Shown here piece by piece: positions 61,676-64,000 of a stretch of DNA of 64,000 nt; position 1 is the first letter of the stretch; each line of letters opens with the position of its first letter. The notes beneath the pieces are model-generated. The model was not told where the DNA came from and searched no databases. It saw only the letters and a list, made by a program, of their open reading frames with translations. The stretch lies in contig CAVYRJ010000001.1 in assembly GCA_963770935.1 (NCBI GenBank), positions 183,393 through 247,392 on the forward strand, read 5' to 3'. Source of the stretch: Candidatus Bathyarchaeota archaeon (GTDB taxonomy: Archaea > Thermoproteota > Bathyarchaeia > Bathyarchaeales > Bathycorpusculaceae). The position numbers and the translations under genes are program-made.

Positions 61676-63613
61676 CTAGTTTCCCTTGACCGTGTAAGGA
61701 AGTAATCCGCCTTCAAAGAGAATGTCCTTTTGTCTTTGCGAGAGGCTGTAGATTAATTCTATTTTGAGGTTCTTGGTCTTATTGACCAAAATGACAGGCT
61801 CGTTGTTTTGAAGTCTCTTTTTGAGCTCTGGGATTTCAATCTCGTCGCCCTGCGATAGCTTGTCGTAGTCCGCCATGTCCTTAAAAGATAGCGAGATAAT
61901 GCCAAAGTTCACTAAGTTGGCTGCATGGATTCGCTCAACAGACTTTGCTATGATTGCTTTGACACCCAGATACATCGGACAAAGCGCAGCGTGTTCTCTA
62001 GAGCTTCCCTGCCCATAAGATTCACCGGCTATAATTACTGTAGCCATGCCTCTCGATTTGGCGTCCATTGCTCTTTTTGGGAAGTCCTTGTCAAGTGGTT
62101 CAAATACATACTTGGAGTATTCGGGCACGTTGGAGCGGTATTTTAGTCTGGCTCCAGCGGGCATAATATGGTCAGTTGTGATTTTGTCACCTACTTTTAT
62201 GCCGACAACACCCTTGATTTCATTTGGCATTTTATCGTTAACTGGCGGAGCACCTATGTTTGGTCCTCTTGTAATCTCAACATTTTTATCAGCGTCCTTA
62301 GGGAAGATGAACATGGAATCGTCTACAAGGAACTTGTTTGGCATATCTACTTGCGGGTACTTCATCTCTGTTGTTCGGGGGTCAGTCATCTTGCCTGCGA
62401 TTGCTGACACTGCTGCAACTTCGGGACTTACAAGGTAGACCTGTGCGTCCACTGTGCCGCTTCTTCCCTCAAAATTCCTATTGCTTGTCCTAAGAGAAAC
62501 GCCCATAGATTTTGGGCTTTGGCTGTTGCCGATACAGAAGCCACAGGTTGCTTCAAGCAGTCTAGCGCCGCTATCTATCAGGTCACCGATGTAACCCTCT
62601 TTTGCTGCCATCTGGAGTACTTGTCTTGAGCCTGGCGCTACTCCAAATGATACGTCTGGGTGAACTTTTTTGTCTTTCATGATTTTGGCGGCGGTGGCTA
62701 TTTCTTTGTAGGATGAATTAGTGCATGAGCCCAGCATTACTTGGTCTACTTTTAAGTCTTTTAGATCGCTGACTTTGACGATGGTGCCGGGGCTGTGCGG
62801 TGCCGCTGCCAGAGGCTCCAGTTCACTGAGATCTAGTTCCACAACTTTATCGTATTCCGCATCGTCGTCCGCCTTTAGCTCAACCCAGTCTGACTCTCTG
62901 CCTTGAGCTTTGAGGAACTTTCTGGTTTCTTCATCGGAGGGGAAGAGTGAGGTTGTTACACCCATCTCTGCACCCATGTTGGTGATTGTCGCTCGTTCCG
63001 GAACAGTGAGATTCTTTACTCCTGATCCAGAATACTCCATGACGACTCCGACATTGCCCTTAACCGTGAATATCTCCAACATCTTTAGAACCACGTCTTT
63101 AGCGCTAACCCAAGGCTGGAGAGCTCCTTTCAGGTTTATCTTGTAGACTTTTGGGCAAGTGATATAGAATTCACCCCCGCCCATGGCAACAGCGACGTCT
63201 AATCCGCCAGCTCCGATTGCTATCATGCCGATGCCGCCCCCGGTGGTCGTGTGGCTGTCAGAACCAAGAAGCGTCTTGCCAGGCTTGCCAAACCGTTCCA
63301 GATGGACTTGATGGCATATTCCGTTTCCTGCCTTTGAGTAGATGATGCCGTACTTTGCGGCTACACTTTGAAGGTACTTGTGGTCATCAGCGTTCTCGAA
63401 ACCCACTTGTATTGTATTGTGGTCAACGTAGCTGACAGAAAGCTCGGTCTTAACCTGTTTTAGGCCCATAGCCTCGAACTGCAGATATGCCATCGTTCCT
63501 GTCGCATCCTGAGTAAGCGTTTGGTCAATCTTAATTCCTATCTCTTTTCCTGGTAAATATTCGCCGACTGCCAAGTGTTTTTCAAGTATCTTTCGTGTAA
63601 GGGACTTACCCAT
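61676..63613 (-). CDS. acn: Aconitate hydratase
   Basis: QDATG, GICHQ, DSHT, GSCTN, CGFCIG, NRNFEGR, TTDHI and GSSREHA motifs; GGTGAG RBS before ATG 63613. Confidence 0.95.
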   Translation of the reverse strand: MGKSLTRKILEKHLAVGEYLPGKEIGIKIDQTLTQDATGTMAYLQFEAMGLKQVKTELSVSYVDHNTIQVGFENADDHKYLQSVAAKYGIIYSKAGNGICHQVHLERFGKPGKTLLGSDSHTTTGGGIGMIAIGAGGLDVAVAMGGGEFYITCPKVYKINLKGALQPWVSAKDVVLKMLEIFTVKGNVGVVMEYSGSGVKNLTVPERATITNMGAEMGVTTSLFPSDEETRKFLKAQGRESDWVELKADDDAEYDKVVELDLSELEPLAAAPHSPGTIVKVSDLKDLKVDQVMLGSCTNSSYKEIATAAKIMKDKKVHPDVSFGVAPGSRQVLQMAAKEGYIGDLIDSGARLLEATCGFCIGNSQSPKSMGVSLRTSNRNFEGRSGTVDAQVYLVSPEVAAVSAIAGKMTDPRTTEMKYPQVDMPNKFLVDDSMFIFPKDADKNVEITRGPNIGAPPVNDKMPNEIKGVVGIKVGDKITTDHIMPAGARLKYRSNVPEYSKYVFEPLDKDFPKRAMDAKSRGMATVIIAGESYGQGSSREHAALCPMYLGVKAIIAKSVERIHAANLVNFGIISLSFKDMADYDKLSQGDEIEIPELKKRLQNNEPVILVNKTKNLKIELIYSLSQRQKDILFEGGLLPYTVKGN

Positions 63614-64000
63614 AAATATCTCACCCTTGGAAAGATTTACCTTGCTTAATAGCATATAAACATTGTCAATTTAGATGGAGGCTACATGCTAGTATTTACT
63701 TAAATAATTTTTTTCAAAATTCTGTACATTTGAATAAAAAAAGGGTTTAAAAAATCTAAAATACGGCAAGCTATCGTTCCTAGTATGGAAATTGCGGTGC
63801 TTTAACCAACAAATTTTTAAGACAATGGACTTTTGCCAAAGTTTACTGTGACCTGTAAGATTTATAGGATATTTGATATTAGATATGAATATTAACAAAA
63901 AAGTGGGTTTGGGACCCTTCTCGTCGTAATCCGACATTTTCAGCGTGTCAAAGAAAGATCAAGGCCAAAGGCTTCACAAGGAGAATAGGCAAAGACGTCC

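Noticed and set aside
20173-63146. Many short antisense or overlapping ORFs within core genes
   Set aside because: Shadow ORFs of well-supported genes on the other strand or frame

Overview
Archaeal chromosomal segment, most likely Bathyarchaeia (TACK). This assignment is an inference from class I LysRS, the aIF2gamma/rpoE/spt4/S24e/S27ae cluster, Fae-Hps and several paralogous secreted PQQ-like beta-propeller genes. (1) 1088-20004 is a decaying ~18.9 kb integrated element bounded by a perfect 21-bp direct repeat equal to the 5' end (not the 3' end) of a minus-strand tRNA-Arg(GCG). It carries a truncated tyrosine integrase, YprB/YprA (MrfB/MrfA-like) genes, an extra TFB, Zn-finger microproteins, a ParB-like + ABC-ATPase/GNAT module, two damaged beta-propeller genes and several gene remnants. 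A relic of a second integrase 5' end lies just outside the right repeat. Both integrase 5' ends carry the same antisense TATA-like block at the same distance from the tRNA 5' sequence, suggesting elements that supply the tRNA promoter from within their own integrase gene. (2) 20197-51681 is mostly core genome: lysS, an SPFH cluster, tmk, tRNA-Glu, HTH-Fae-Hps, and translation/transcription and r-protein operons. It includes one intact beta-propeller gene that shares a conserved promoter and 5' stem-loop with the island copy. (3) 52340-64000 holds an intron-containing tRNA-Ser with a degenerate att copy, two beta-helix surface proteins and an acn-icd-aclB-aclA operon. All calls come from motif recognition by eye; no searches were run.
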